64,000 nt of DNA from Acidimicrobiia bacterium (GTDB lineage: Bacteria; Actinomycetota; Acidimicrobiia; Spongiisociales; UBA11373), in NCBI GenBank assembly GCA_040878325.1, contig JBBDMM010000012.1, forward strand, positions 62,001 to 126,000. The letters are read 5' to 3'. The notes beneath the pieces were generated by a model. The model ran no database searches. It saw only the letters and a list, made by a program, of their open reading frames with translations, and was not told where the DNA came from. Every line of letters begins with the position of its first letter. Positions within the stretch are counted from its first letter, which is position 1. This document shows, one piece after another, positions 49,969 to 60,153 of this stretch. The position numbers were made by a program, and so were the translations under genes.

Positions 49969-51774
49969 CTACCCGTCGCCCAACTGCCACTCGTCGACAT
50001 TCCACATCACGCCCTGGACCGGGTTCACCGTGGGCCCTGACAGAGACTCCCGCCGGGCGATGCCCGATTCACCCGAGGAGAGCAGCGGGATCAACACCAC
50101 CTGCTCGGCGAGTAGCAACTCGGCTTCGACGAGAAGGGCGGCCACTTCTCCAGGATCGATCGTGTCCCGGAGGCGGAAAAGGGTGTCCCGGTACGCCTCG
50201 ACGGCTTCGCCGGACACGGTCGAGTCGATTGTTCCCCATCGGTAGTAGTTCGCCCCGACGAACGGGAGTCCATCGGGATCGAACATTCGCACGAACTCGA
50301 CCCCGGCCCCGAGCCCGGGGCCTCCGGTGAACCTCCAGCTGGCCACATCCCATGTTCCGTTGTCGACGGTCGAACCGAAGAACAGCGCCGAGTCCTCCAG
50401 TTGCAGTTCGGCGTCGAAGCCCGCCGTCCGCAGCATGGTGACCAGGGCGCCGCCCAGTGCGATCGAACGCTCGCCGTCCGAGGTGACCGTGAGCACCACC
50501 CTGGGTCCGTCACCGGCGAAGAGATCGCGTCCGATTTCGTTCTCTAGCGTGAAGAGCAGGCCCTTGACCGCTTCCAGGTCGTACTCGTACACCGCCCACG
50601 GGCTCTCCGTGAAGAATCTGCCGTAGGGCAGCATCGCGCTGGTGAGAGGGGTGCCGCCAACCTCGAACGCCAGTCGGCTGCGGTCGATGGCATGGGCGAT
50701 GGCGCGCCGGAACTCGACGTAACGATTGAGACTCTCCGGATTCCGGTTTCCCGGCCCGAACTGAAAGTTGAGGTGGTCCCAGAACAAGCCAGGGGCGACC
50801 TCGACCACGGCACTCTCATCGGCTCGAAAAATCGCCGATGTGGTGGCCTCGTCGAAGACCACCACATCGACATCTCCGGTGCCGAATGCCTCTACCAGCC
50901 GGGGGTCGGGGGCGGCGCCGGCCTCGTAGAAGCGGAAGATCAAGCGATCGAGGTAGGGCAGGGGCTCGCCCCGCGACCCGACCTTCCAGTAGTCCTCATT
51001 GCGGACCAACTCGAGGTATTGCCCGGGCTGCCATGCCCCGAATTCGAACGGCCCCCCCGCCGCCCACAGCGTGTCGTTCCAGTCGGCGGTGAAGTCTGAG
51101 CCCTCGACGCTGTGGCGGGGCACGATGAGGTCAAAGAGCAGCTCATATTCAGGAGTGGCTGTCATGGTGAAGGAAAGCGTCCGACCGTCTGCTACCACCG
51201 AGGCGGGATCGATGTTCGAGTAACGGCGGACCAACTCCGGGCGAATGGGGAGTGCGGGGTCGACGATGAGCCGCCAGGTGAATTCGAGGTCGGCGGCCGT
51301 TATGGGCGGGCCCCCAGCCCAGCGTGCTTCGGGGGTGACCGTCACCGCAACCGCAATCGTCCCGTCGCCGTTGTCGACCACTCCCCCGTTCTCGATGGAC
51401 GGAATCGCTTCCAGAACGTGCGGAACCAGTTCAAAGGTGATCGGATCGACCCGGTAGCCGATCGCAAAGACGGCAGGCGCTATCAGATCCAAGACCGCGG
51501 TGTCGGGACCTTCGAGCAGAGGGTTCAGGCTGCGCGGCGATCCTCCCGTGCCCACCCCCACGACCACCGTTCCTCCGTAGGGCGTCGATGCAGTCGTCGT
51601 CACGGTCGTGACAGGCTCCGCCGGAACCGTGGTCGTCCCCGGCTGGATCCCTGCGCCGGTGGCGCACGCGGCGAACACGACCGCGGCGAAGGCCCCCCGA
51701 AAGGCCACCGCCACTCTTCGTGGCCCCGAGTATCCGCTAAGTGCTCGCAGGGGACGAATGGTAGAGCGGGTCAC
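49969..51774 (-). CDS. ABC family-5 solute-binding lipoprotein
   Basis: FAAC lipobox, LNPL, GPF, FRRAIAHAIDR; shares motifs with 46675-48594. Confidence 0.85.
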   Translation of the reverse strand: MTRSTIRPLRALSGYSGPRRVAVAFRGAFAAVVFAACATGAGIQPGTTTVPAEPVTTVTTTASTPYGGTVVVGVGTGGSPRSLNPLLEGPDTAVLDLIAPAVFAIGYRVDPITFELVPHVLEAIPSIENGGVVDNGDGTIAVAVTVTPEARWAGGPPITAADLEFTWRLIVDPALPIRPELVRRYSNIDPASVVADGRTLSFTMTATPEYELLFDLIVPRHSVEGSDFTADWNDTLWAAGGPFEFGAWQPGQYLELVRNEDYWKVGSRGEPLPYLDRLIFRFYEAGAAPDPRLVEAFGTGDVDVVVFDEATTSAIFRADESAVVEVAPGLFWDHLNFQFGPGNRNPESLNRYVEFRRAIAHAIDRSRLAFEVGGTPLTSAMLPYGRFFTESPWAVYEYDLEAVKGLLFTLENEIGRDLFAGDGPRVVLTVTSDGERSIALGGALVTMLRTAGFDAELQLEDSALFFGSTVDNGTWDVASWRFTGGPGLGAGVEFVRMFDPDGLPFVGANYYRWGTIDSTVSGEAVEAYRDTLFRLRDTIDPGEVAALLVEAELLLAEQVVLIPLLSSGESGIARRESLSGPTVNPVQGVMWNVDEWQLGDG

Positions 51775-51792
51775 CCTCGCGACGGGCCGCCG

Positions 51793-52563
51793 TCACACCC
51801 AGTAGCGGATGATCGAGGCGAACTGGTCGGGGTCGAGGGACGCACCGCCGACGAGGGCACCGTCGATCTCGCGCTTGGCCATGAACGCGGCGATGTTCCC
51901 CGGATTGACCGATCCGCCGTAGAGCACTCTCGCGGATACCGCCGCGTCCGCTCCGCCGAGTTCCGACAGGACGCCTCGAATCACGATCGCGGCAGCAGCG
52001 GCGGTATCGGCGTCTGCGGTGTGGCCGGTACCGATCGCCCAGATCGGCTCGTAGGCCACCACGAGTGTCCCCAGGGCGTCCCCGTCGAGGCCGCGGAGGG
52101 CAGCCCGGACCTGGCCACCGACCACCTCATCGCTCTGCCCGGCATCGCGCTGCTCAAGGGTCTCCCCAACCGCAAGGATCGGGGTCATCCCGGCCGAGAG
52201 GACAGCTCGGAGCTTGCGCCCGACGGTGGCGTCGTCCTCCCCGAACAACTGGCGTCGCTCCGAGTGCCCCACGATCACGAACCTGACACCGAGCCGCTCG
52301 ATCATCGTGGGCGATACCTCCCCGGTGAACGCTCCCGACTCCTCCCAGTGGACGTCCTGCGCCCCGAGATGGATCGGCAAGTGATCCGACTCGATGACGG
52401 TCTGCACCGACCGAAGCGCGGTGAACGGCGGGCAAACCACCACATCCACCCGGGTGTAGTCATCGGGGTCGAGCCGATAGGACAGCTTCTGCACCATCTG
52501 GATGGCCTCCAGATGGGTGGCATTCATCTTCCAATTGCCCGCGATCAGTTCCTTACGCGCCAT
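51793..52563 (-). CDS. tpiA: Triosephosphate isomerase
   Basis: AGNWKMN, GHSERR, AYEPIWAIGTG, LVGGASL. Confidence 0.97.
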   Translation of the reverse strand: MARKELIAGNWKMNATHLEAIQMVQKLSYRLDPDDYTRVDVVVCPPFTALRSVQTVIESDHLPIHLGAQDVHWEESGAFTGEVSPTMIERLGVRFVIVGHSERRQLFGEDDATVGRKLRAVLSAGMTPILAVGETLEQRDAGQSDEVVGGQVRAALRGLDGDALGTLVVAYEPIWAIGTGHTADADTAAAAAIVIRGVLSELGGADAAVSARVLYGGSVNPGNIAAFMAKREIDGALVGGASLDPDQFASIIRYWV

Positions 52564-53746
52564 AGAGACCTCTCAATGCGTCAAGTCCGGGGAGCGACCC
52601 TCTTTCGATCAGTTCGAGGCCGGCGCCGCCGCCCGTGGACAGATGGGATACCGCGCCATCGAGCCCGAAATCCCGCAGGGCGGCGGCGCTGTCTCCGCCC
52701 CCCACGACCGAGTAGCCGTTGCTGGCGGTGATCGCCTCAGCCAGCCGCCGGGTGCCTCCGGAGAAAGCCGGCCACTCAAAGACTCCCATCGGACCATTCC
52801 AAAAGATCGTCGCCGCGGCGGCCAGCGCGGCGGCAAAGATCTCGCTGGTCGCAGGTCCGATGTCGAGGCCCATGGCGTCGGCGGGCATTTCGCCCGCTTG
52901 CACCACCCGGTGAGGAGTGTCGGCACGAAACTCCTCACCGACGACTACATCCACCGGCAGTAGCACCTTGCCGCCGGGGTCGGAGTCGAGGATTTCCCGG
53001 GCCATCGCTATCTGATCCGACTCGACCAGGGAGCGCCCCACGCCGAGGCCCCGAGCGACGAGCATGGTGAAGCACATTGCCCCGCCCACCAGCAGGCTAT
53101 CCACCTTCGGCAAGAGTGCGTCGATCACGCCCAGTTTGTCCGACACCTTCGCGCCACCGAGGGCGACGACCAGCGGCCGCTCCGGTTCGTGAAGGACTCG
53201 GTCGAATGCCCTTACCTCTGCCAGCAGGAGCGGGCCCGCGGCAGATGGCAGGTGGCGGGTCACCCCCACCGTCGAGGCGTGCGCCCGGTGAGCCGAGCCG
53301 AAGGCATCGAGGACGAAGAGGTCGGCGAGTGCGGCGAGCCGTTCGGCGAGGTCCGGGTCGTCGCTCGTCTCGCCCTGCTCGAACCGGGTGTTCTCGAGGA
53401 GCACCACGTCGTCACCGGCGGCGGCGACGGCAGCACGCGCTCCAGGCCCGGCGACATCTTCCGCCACCACCAGGTGGAATCCTCCGAGAGCCGCCAGCGC
53501 CCGACCCACCGGTCCCATCGAGTACTCCGGATCCACTCCGTCTGGCCGGCCGAGGTGGCTGCACAGGGCGACTCGCGCACCTCGCTCCCTCAGCGTGAGA
53601 ATCACCGGAAGGGCGGCCCGGAGGCGGAAGTCGTCGGTGACCTCGCCACGGTCCAGAGGTACGTTCAAGTCGGCCCGCACCAGGACCGTGCGGCCGTCGA
53701 CCTCGAGGTCGTCGATCGTCGGGAGCCCTCGCAACATCCGATTCAC
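52553..53746 (-). CDS. pgk: Phosphoglycerate kinase
   Basis: RADLNVP, SHLGRP, LLENTRF, GGAKVSDK, STGGGA. Confidence 0.97.
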   Translation of the reverse strand: MNRMLRGLPTIDDLEVDGRTVLVRADLNVPLDRGEVTDDFRLRAALPVILTLRERGARVALCSHLGRPDGVDPEYSMGPVGRALAALGGFHLVVAEDVAGPGARAAVAAAGDDVVLLENTRFEQGETSDDPDLAERLAALADLFVLDAFGSAHRAHASTVGVTRHLPSAAGPLLLAEVRAFDRVLHEPERPLVVALGGAKVSDKLGVIDALLPKVDSLLVGGAMCFTMLVARGLGVGRSLVESDQIAMAREILDSDPGGKVLLPVDVVVGEEFRADTPHRVVQAGEMPADAMGLDIGPATSEIFAAALAAAATIFWNGPMGVFEWPAFSGGTRRLAEAITASNGYSVVGGGDSAAALRDFGLDGAVSHLSTGGGAGLELIERGSLPGLDALRGLYGA

Positions 53747-54708
53747 GCTAGCCCCCGCAGCGTGGCTCCCAACCTGGCCGGCTCATGTTCGGGCCACTCG
53801 GCCGGCGAATGGGCGATGTCGGCGTTGATCACGGCAACGCCGGGAAGTTCGTCGGCGGCGAGGGATACCCGCATCAGCCCCGCGGGCACCTCGAGCTCCC
53901 CGTCATGGGCGACCACCGCGTCGGGACGTCGCACCCTTCCAATCGATTCGAGTGCCGCAACATGATCCAGCCCCGTCATGCCCAGGGTCTCGCCGTCCTG
54001 CGTGGTGAGGTTGCATACGTATACGAGGCGCCCCCCGGCCTCGTTCACCGCATCGGCGATGCCGGGAACCCGCAGCCCGGCAATGACCGACGTGAAGAGG
54101 CTGCCAGGCCCGAGCACGATCTGGTCGGCCGCGGCGATCGCCGCGATCGCCCGCGGGGTGGCACGAGCATCCGCCGGGCTGACCCTCACATCAGAGATGC
54201 CGCCCCGCGACCTGGCGATGGCGACCTGGCCGGTGACCAGGGCTCCGGCGACGTCTGCCTCCAGGACCAGGGCCACCGGTGCGGCCGGAACGACGTAGCC
54301 CTGCGCTCCGAGGAACCGGCCGACCGTATCGAGCGCCTCCTCGAACGAGCCGGACAGGTTGGCGAGCGCAGCGATGATCAGGTTTCCCAACGAGTGACCG
54401 GCAACGTCTCCATCCTCGAACCTGAACTCGATCAGGTCGCGCCAGATCGAATCCTCGGGGCTCAAAGCGAGCAGTGCCATGCGGATGTCTCCCGGAGGAG
54501 GGATGGCGAGCGCCGGCGACAGCCGCCCCGACGAACCGCCATCGTCAGCCACCGTGACGATCGCGGTCAGATCGTCGGCGTACTGGAGGATGGCCTTCAG
54601 GGCGCATGCCAGGCCATGGCCGCCACCGAGGGCAGCGACACGCGTCTCAGCGAAGTCGTGCTCCATTTCGGCGAGCACCGGATCTACCAGGACTTCGGGA
54701 GTCGTCAA
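53743..54708 (-). CDS. yvcK: YvcK/CofD-like gluconeogenesis factor
   Basis: GGGHGL, DDGGSSG, PGDIR, GHSLGN, GPGSLFTS. Confidence 0.9.
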   Translation of the reverse strand: MTTPEVLVDPVLAEMEHDFAETRVAALGGGHGLACALKAILQYADDLTAIVTVADDGGSSGRLSPALAIPPPGDIRMALLALSPEDSIWRDLIEFRFEDGDVAGHSLGNLIIAALANLSGSFEEALDTVGRFLGAQGYVVPAAPVALVLEADVAGALVTGQVAIARSRGGISDVRVSPADARATPRAIAAIAAADQIVLGPGSLFTSVIAGLRVPGIADAVNEAGGRLVYVCNLTTQDGETLGMTGLDHVAALESIGRVRRPDAVVAHDGELEVPAGLMRVSLAADELPGVAVINADIAHSPAEWPEHEPARLGATLRGLA

Positions 54709-55565
54709 CGATCGATGTCCCGATGACGGACCGTGACGTCGACGTCTCCCCTTGTCCCCAACCATCGTGCGAGCTCTTCGGCGATGACCACGGACCGGTG
54801 GCGGCCGCCGGTGCAGCCGATCGCGATGGTGAGGTACGACTTACCCTCGGCCTGATAGCGCGGCACGAGAAAGTCGAGCAGGCCCTCGACCCGGTCGAGG
54901 AATCCGGCAGTGTCGGGTGTGCCCATGACGTGCTCGCGCACCGCGTCATCGAGGCCGGTAAGGGGCCGGAGCGACTCGACCCAGTGGGGGTTCTCGAGGA
55001 ATCGTACATCGAAGACCAGATCGACGACCCGAGGCACTCCGGTCTTGAACCCGAAGGAGGTCACTGCCACCCGCATTGGACGGTCCCGCTCCTCGAATGC
55101 ATCACGGATCGCTGCCCGCAGTTCGTGGATGTTCCGATCGGACGAGTCGACCACCATGTCCGCCCGGTCCCGCAACCCCTCCAGAGCCTTCCGCTCGGCT
55201 GCGATCGAATCATTCACCGTTGCCCCGGCCACAGGATGCGGTCTCCTGGTCTCTTCGAACCGGGTCGCGAGGACCTCGTCGTCGGCATCCAGGAAGAGGA
55301 CGGTCACCGGCACCCCATCTTCGGCGAGCCGCTTCATCGCGGTGTCGAGTGAGGCGAACTCCAGTCCGCTACGGGTATCGACAACGACCGCGATGCGCTC
55401 CTTCGTGCTTCCAGGAGCGCGAGCCCGCGCCACCATCTCCGCGATCAGGTCGGCCGGCAAGTTGTCGGTAACCGAGTAACCGACGTCCTCCAAGGCTTTG
55501 GATGCGGTCGACCGGCCGGCACCGGACATTCCGGTGATCAGGACCAGGCGGAACGAATCATTCAT
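54705..55565 (-). CDS. rapZ: RNase adapter RapZ/YvcJ P-loop protein
   Basis: GMSGAGRS, DNLP, SFGFK, DVRFL.NP, GCTGGRHRSV. Confidence 0.93.
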   Translation of the reverse strand: MNDSFRLVLITGMSGAGRSTASKALEDVGYSVTDNLPADLIAEMVARARAPGSTKERIAVVVDTRSGLEFASLDTAMKRLAEDGVPVTVLFLDADDEVLATRFEETRRPHPVAGATVNDSIAAERKALEGLRDRADMVVDSSDRNIHELRAAIRDAFEERDRPMRVAVTSFGFKTGVPRVVDLVFDVRFLENPHWVESLRPLTGLDDAVREHVMGTPDTAGFLDRVEGLLDFLVPRYQAEGKSYLTIAIGCTGGRHRSVVIAEELARWLGTRGDVDVTVRHRDIDR

Positions 55566-56037
55566 TTCGGAAAGTCTCGGCTTGCAGCAGGCGACGCTTC
55601 ATCTCGATTCCGCCGCGATATCCCCGGAGCCCCCCGTCGGCCCCGACGACCAGGTGGCAGGGAATCGCCGGAGCGAACGGGTTGCGGGCCATTGCTGCCC
55701 CCACGGCCCGGGCGGCGCCCGGTCGGCCCACCGCCGCCGCCACCGCACCGTATGTCATCGAAGAGCCTGCCGGAATGGAGCACACCACTTCGTACACTCG
55801 CTGCTCGAACGGGGTTCGCGCCGCCGCCGCGGCGTGCTGGTGCCCGGAGGGGCAAGGCCCCCGTCCGGCGAAGTAGTCGGAAAGCGCTCCCGCCAAGCAA
55901 ACGACCGAGGTGGGCGGCCGGGCCGCGAGGGAGTGAGGAGCCGGTAATCCGGGGAGGGAGAGGCCAGTCACGCCGCCGTCGGGGCCGAACGAGATCCAAC
56001 CTTCGCCCATGTCAGTCGCGTATGCCGCCGACCGCAT
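55558..56037 (-). CDS. ogt: Methylated-DNA--protein-cysteine methyltransferase
   Basis: TPFEQRVY, TYG, ARAVG.A..NP, PCHL (variant of PCHR). Confidence 0.85.
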   Translation of the reverse strand: MRSAAYATDMGEGWISFGPDGGVTGLSLPGLPAPHSLAARPPTSVVCLAGALSDYFAGRGPCPSGHQHAAAAARTPFEQRVYEVVCSIPAGSSMTYGAVAAAVGRPGAARAVGAAMARNPFAPAIPCHLVVGADGGLRGYRGGIEMKRRLLQAETFRNE

Positions 56038-57868
56038 CCTTCTCACCCCTCAACCTGGCGTGTAGCGAGGCCGCCACCGCAGCGGGCAGCACCTCGCCGA
56101 GTTCCTCGACCGACGCCTCCCGAATCTTCTTCACCGAGCCGAACCGACGCAAGAGGGCCCTTTTCCTGACGGGACCGATGCCGGGCACCCCGTCAAGCAC
56201 CGAGTCCACCATACGACGGCCTCGCAGCATTCGGTGGTAACTCACTGCGAACCGATGCGCCTCGTCGCGTACCCGCTGCAGGAGGAACAGCCCGTCCTCA
56301 CCGCGCGGAATCCGAATCGGGTCGGCGCGGCCCGGCAGGTACACCTCCTCCATCCGCTTGGCGAGGCCGGCCACGGGAATGTCGAGGCCCAGCGCCTCCA
56401 TGACCTTGACCGCGCGTGACAGTTGTCCCGCTCCCCCGTCGACCAGCAGCAGGCCCGGGGGATATGCAAACTTGCCCCGTTCCTCGACCGGCAGCCGGCG
56501 CTCCTCGAGGTAGGCCGTCAGCCGTCGGGTGAGTACCTCTTCCATTGCCGCGAAGTCGTCCTGGCCGGTGACGGTGCGAACCTTGAATCGCCGGTACTGG
56601 TTGCGACGGGGCAACCCGTCCTCCATGACCACCATCGAACCGACCGTGTCCCGGCCCTGGATCGTGGAGATGTCGTAGGCCTCGATCCGGAGCGGCGGAT
56701 CGGGCAGGCCGAGCACGTCCTGCAGGCTGCGCAGCGACTTGGCCCGAGAGTTGTGGTCGCTGCTCCGTCGCAGCCGGTGGCGGGCGAACTCCTCCCGGGC
56801 ATTGTTGGCAGCCGTCTCCATCAACCGTCGCTTGGCCCCCCGCTGGGGGACCCGCAGCGACACTCCCGACCCCCGCCGGGCAGCCAGCCAGGACTCCCAT
56901 AGGCCCGGCTCCTCCGGCAACACCTGGACCAGGACCTCGGGCGGAGGCGACTCGTCGCCGTAGACCTGGAGAAGCATGCGCTCGATCAACTGAGCGGTGC
57001 TCACGTCCTCGACCTTGTCGACGATCGTGGCGATCCGACCGGTGACCCGGCCGCGACGAACGTTCAGCACCACCAGCGAGGCCTCCAGCTCGTCCTCCTC
57101 GATGGCAAAGAGGTCGAAGTCCTCCTTCGTGGCCGACGCCACCTCCTGCTTTTCCAGTGCACGTTCCACCGCCTGGAGACGGTCACGCACCCTGGCGGCT
57201 CGCTCGTACTCGAGTGTCTCTGCCGCCTCGCTCATCTCCGTACGGAGCTCATCGACGATGGCGTCGCTGTTGCCCGCGAGGAAGTCGGCGAGGCCGTCGA
57301 CATGAACTGCGTATTCCCCGGGCGTCACCTCCCCGACGCAAGGCCCCGAGCAACGCTCGATGTGGAACAGCAGACAGGGTCGGCCGACGGCCTGGTGCCG
57401 GCGGAACTTGCCGTTCGAGCAGGTCCGCACTTGAAACGTGCGCACCAAGAGATCGAGGGTCTGGCGGATCGCGTAGGCGTGGGCGAACGGGCCGAAGTAC
57501 TGGTTCCCCTTCTGCCGCTTGCCCCGCATCACCGTGGCCCGCGGCCATTCCTCCGATCGAGTGATCGCCAGATACGGAAACGACTTGTCGTCGCGCAGCC
57601 GGATGTTGAAGCGAGGACGGTGCTTTTGTATCAGGCTGTACTCCACCATGAGGGCCTCGACCTCATTGTCGGTGACGATCCAATCGACGGACTCTGCCGA
57701 CTCCACCATCACCCGGGTCCGGGGGCTCAGGTCCGACCCGAAATAGTTGGGGACGCGCTTGCGTAACGACTTGGCCTTGCCGGCGTACAGCACGGCTCCG
57801 TGACGATCACGGAAGAAATACGCCCCTGGCGAGTCGGGAATCTCGTCGGGCAACGGACGAAGGACCAT
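56012..57868 (-). CDS. uvrC: Excinuclease ABC subunit C
   Basis: GIY-YIG (PGAY, YAGKAK), YDIS, DGG.GQ, RDEAHRFA, HhH; TACAAT 6 nt before the ATG. Confidence 0.97.
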   Translation of the reverse strand: MVLRPLPDEIPDSPGAYFFRDRHGAVLYAGKAKSLRKRVPNYFGSDLSPRTRVMVESAESVDWIVTDNEVEALMVEYSLIQKHRPRFNIRLRDDKSFPYLAITRSEEWPRATVMRGKRQKGNQYFGPFAHAYAIRQTLDLLVRTFQVRTCSNGKFRRHQAVGRPCLLFHIERCSGPCVGEVTPGEYAVHVDGLADFLAGNSDAIVDELRTEMSEAAETLEYERAARVRDRLQAVERALEKQEVASATKEDFDLFAIEEDELEASLVVLNVRRGRVTGRIATIVDKVEDVSTAQLIERMLLQVYGDESPPPEVLVQVLPEEPGLWESWLAARRGSGVSLRVPQRGAKRRLMETAANNAREEFARHRLRRSSDHNSRAKSLRSLQDVLGLPDPPLRIEAYDISTIQGRDTVGSMVVMEDGLPRRNQYRRFKVRTVTGQDDFAAMEEVLTRRLTAYLEERRLPVEERGKFAYPPGLLLVDGGAGQLSRAVKVMEALGLDIPVAGLAKRMEEVYLPGRADPIRIPRGEDGLFLLQRVRDEAHRFAVSYHRMLRGRRMVDSVLDGVPGIGPVRKRALLRRFGSVKKIREASVEELGEVLPAAVAASLHARLRGEKDAVGGIRD

Positions 57869-57924
57869 CCGCCGATTGTATGGGGACGTTGCCTCAGACC
57901 CGCCCGGCCAGGGTCAACCCGCCT

Positions 57925-60120
57925 TTACGCCTGCCGCGAGAAGTGGGTCGACATGGACCAAATCACGCTCAGGGCGGCGAAGCCGACCACCACGAAACAC
58001 CATTCAGGGCACGCCAGGGGGATGAACCAGGCGAGGAAGGGGACGAAGGCGAAGGGGATTACCCAGCACCATTTCGGCTCGAGGATCGTGCGCCAGCCGT
58101 GGCCGTGTGATGCGAACCACCAGCCGATGAACACGAGGAACGCAAACGGGAACCACCACCCCCACCACGGAGTGAGCCATATCACCCAGATGTAGATCCA
58201 GGCGACATAACCCAAGAACACGCCGTACAGCGAGGGTCGCCACCACGGCCTGCCTGCCGCCCGCGCCCAGAGGTAGAACGCCACCAGCGGCAACCAGAAC
58301 AGGGGCAACAGCAGGCCCCAGGTGGGTGATCCGACGACGACCATGCCAAGGATCAGGGCAGCCAGGTATCCGCCGACAACAAACAGCATCCACGGTCGCC
58401 AGAACGGCTGGCGGCGGGCCCACAGCCACGTGTAGCCGCCGATTAGCGGGAACCAGGCGAGGAGCGGCCACCACCACCAGGCCGGTCCCCAGAACCAGAG
58501 GCCGGCGAGCAAGAAGGGCACCCAGACGAAGATCACGATGAACCACGGGATCCAACAAGTCCACCACTGTGCGCCCATCAACCGCAGGTACATCACAGCG
58601 ACAAGGAATCCGGCGAAGAGGGCGACGACGCCCCAGCACCACCAGCAGGTGTCGACCGAGCCGGCGACCGAGGGGGTACCGGTGGTCGTCGTGGTGACGG
58701 GCGTCGAGGTCGTGGTGGCGACCGGAAGGGTGGTGGTGGCGGCGATCGGCACGGTGGTCGTGGTGGTAGGCGGCGGCGGCTCGATCGTCGTGCCCACGGC
58801 GAGGTCGTAGATCGGGAACTCATCATCGAACCGGGTGGGGTCGGCGCTGCTGCCGATTTCTCCTTCGAGGACCACTCGTCGGTGTTGGTTGGACAAGAAC
58901 TGCGAGTCTTCTTCCTGCAGGAACCCGCCCTGGAGGAAGACCTCGAGGTCTCCACCCTCGTACTCGATGCCCGTCCGGAACAAGAGGGCGCCATCGGGGC
59001 CCATGATGTAGCCCTCGATGGGATCGCCGCGCTCGGAACCCAAGCCCGAGAAAGTCTCAGAGGCCCCAGCGTGGGTTTGGAAGCCTCCGTAGGGCGGAGA
59101 CTCTGTCGAGCCATTCGGGCGGAGCGCCCACTGGACATAGTCCGAGAAGAAGCCGTCGGGCGGCAACGGCCCCCACGGAGTATCGGGATAGATCTTCAGC
59201 CATAGCTCGCCGTCCTCGTCGACGAACACGTCGAAATCGGTCAAGTCGAACAAGCCAGGGAGCCCGGGAATGATGGGGCCGTTGAACCCAAGGTAGGGGA
59301 AGAAGGCGGTGGGGCCGAGCGGCACCCCCGGCGCCGTCACCACCCGGCTGCGGGCCGGGTTGAACGGCGCATCCTTTACGTCGAAAGTAAGCCGCCCGGA
59401 GATGTCCACCCCGGTCCCGAACACCTCGGGAACCGCCTCGACTCCCATCAAGATGGTGTTCCCCGAAATGAGCGCAAACCCCGAGTAGTCGTTGGTGACG
59501 ATTTCCCCGTTCTCGAACGAGTAGAAGGACAGACTCCAGGGGTCGGGGCCGTACGACAGGCTCAACACGAAAGCGCCGCCGTTCCAGACGTCGTCGGGGA
59601 GATCCGGGAGGGGCTCCCACGCTTCGAGGCCGGGGATCCCGAGCACGAAGTCCCATTGCTGATACAACTGACCCGGTCCCCCCAGCGGAATCTCCCCGCC
59701 CATGACGATCGTGGTCACCGCGTAGAGCGTGCCGACGGTCGGGCCCCCGTTCACCGAGCCCGAGAGAGTCTCGTCCATCGCGAAATCACCGAAGTCGGGG
59801 AGAGCCTCCGGGTCCAGAAATCGAACATAGTTGAAGCCGATGGTCGTCGGGACGGTCCACGGCGCCTCGTCCTCGCTGATGGTTGCCGGCACCGAGGCGT
59901 CGCCTCCCCATCCGAAGGCCGACCAGTTGTCCCCCACCCCCAGCAGCCCGTCGCCCCAGCGAGGCACCTGTTCGGCGTCGAACCCGAACCGGTCGATCAG
60001 GAGGTCTTCCAGTTCGGAGGGAATGGCTACCGACTGCCCTCCGGATGCGACGGTGACCGGGAGCAGCGCCGACAGCAGCACTGCCCCCAGCAACACCCTC
60101 GACCTGCCGATGCGGCGCAC
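57925..60120 (-). CDS. Large membrane protein: secreted N-terminal domain, Thr/Pro linker, Trp-rich multi-pass C-terminus
   Basis: Signal peptide; acidic beta-rich domain; CWWCW, WWWWP and repeated hydrophobic segments. Confidence 0.75.
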   Translation of the reverse strand: MRRIGRSRVLLGAVLLSALLPVTVASGGQSVAIPSELEDLLIDRFGFDAEQVPRWGDGLLGVGDNWSAFGWGGDASVPATISEDEAPWTVPTTIGFNYVRFLDPEALPDFGDFAMDETLSGSVNGGPTVGTLYAVTTIVMGGEIPLGGPGQLYQQWDFVLGIPGLEAWEPLPDLPDDVWNGGAFVLSLSYGPDPWSLSFYSFENGEIVTNDYSGFALISGNTILMGVEAVPEVFGTGVDISGRLTFDVKDAPFNPARSRVVTAPGVPLGPTAFFPYLGFNGPIIPGLPGLFDLTDFDVFVDEDGELWLKIYPDTPWGPLPPDGFFSDYVQWALRPNGSTESPPYGGFQTHAGASETFSGLGSERGDPIEGYIMGPDGALLFRTGIEYEGGDLEVFLQGGFLQEEDSQFLSNQHRRVVLEGEIGSSADPTRFDDEFPIYDLAVGTTIEPPPPTTTTTVPIAATTTLPVATTTSTPVTTTTTGTPSVAGSVDTCWWCWGVVALFAGFLVAVMYLRLMGAQWWTCWIPWFIVIFVWVPFLLAGLWFWGPAWWWWPLLAWFPLIGGYTWLWARRQPFWRPWMLFVVGGYLAALILGMVVVGSPTWGLLLPLFWLPLVAFYLWARAAGRPWWRPSLYGVFLGYVAWIYIWVIWLTPWWGWWFPFAFLVFIGWWFASHGHGWRTILEPKWCWVIPFAFVPFLAWFIPLACPEWCFVVVGFAALSVIWSMSTHFSRQA

Positions 60121-60153
60121 TCCCCCTCGCCTCTCCTCGATCGTGCCGAGAGC

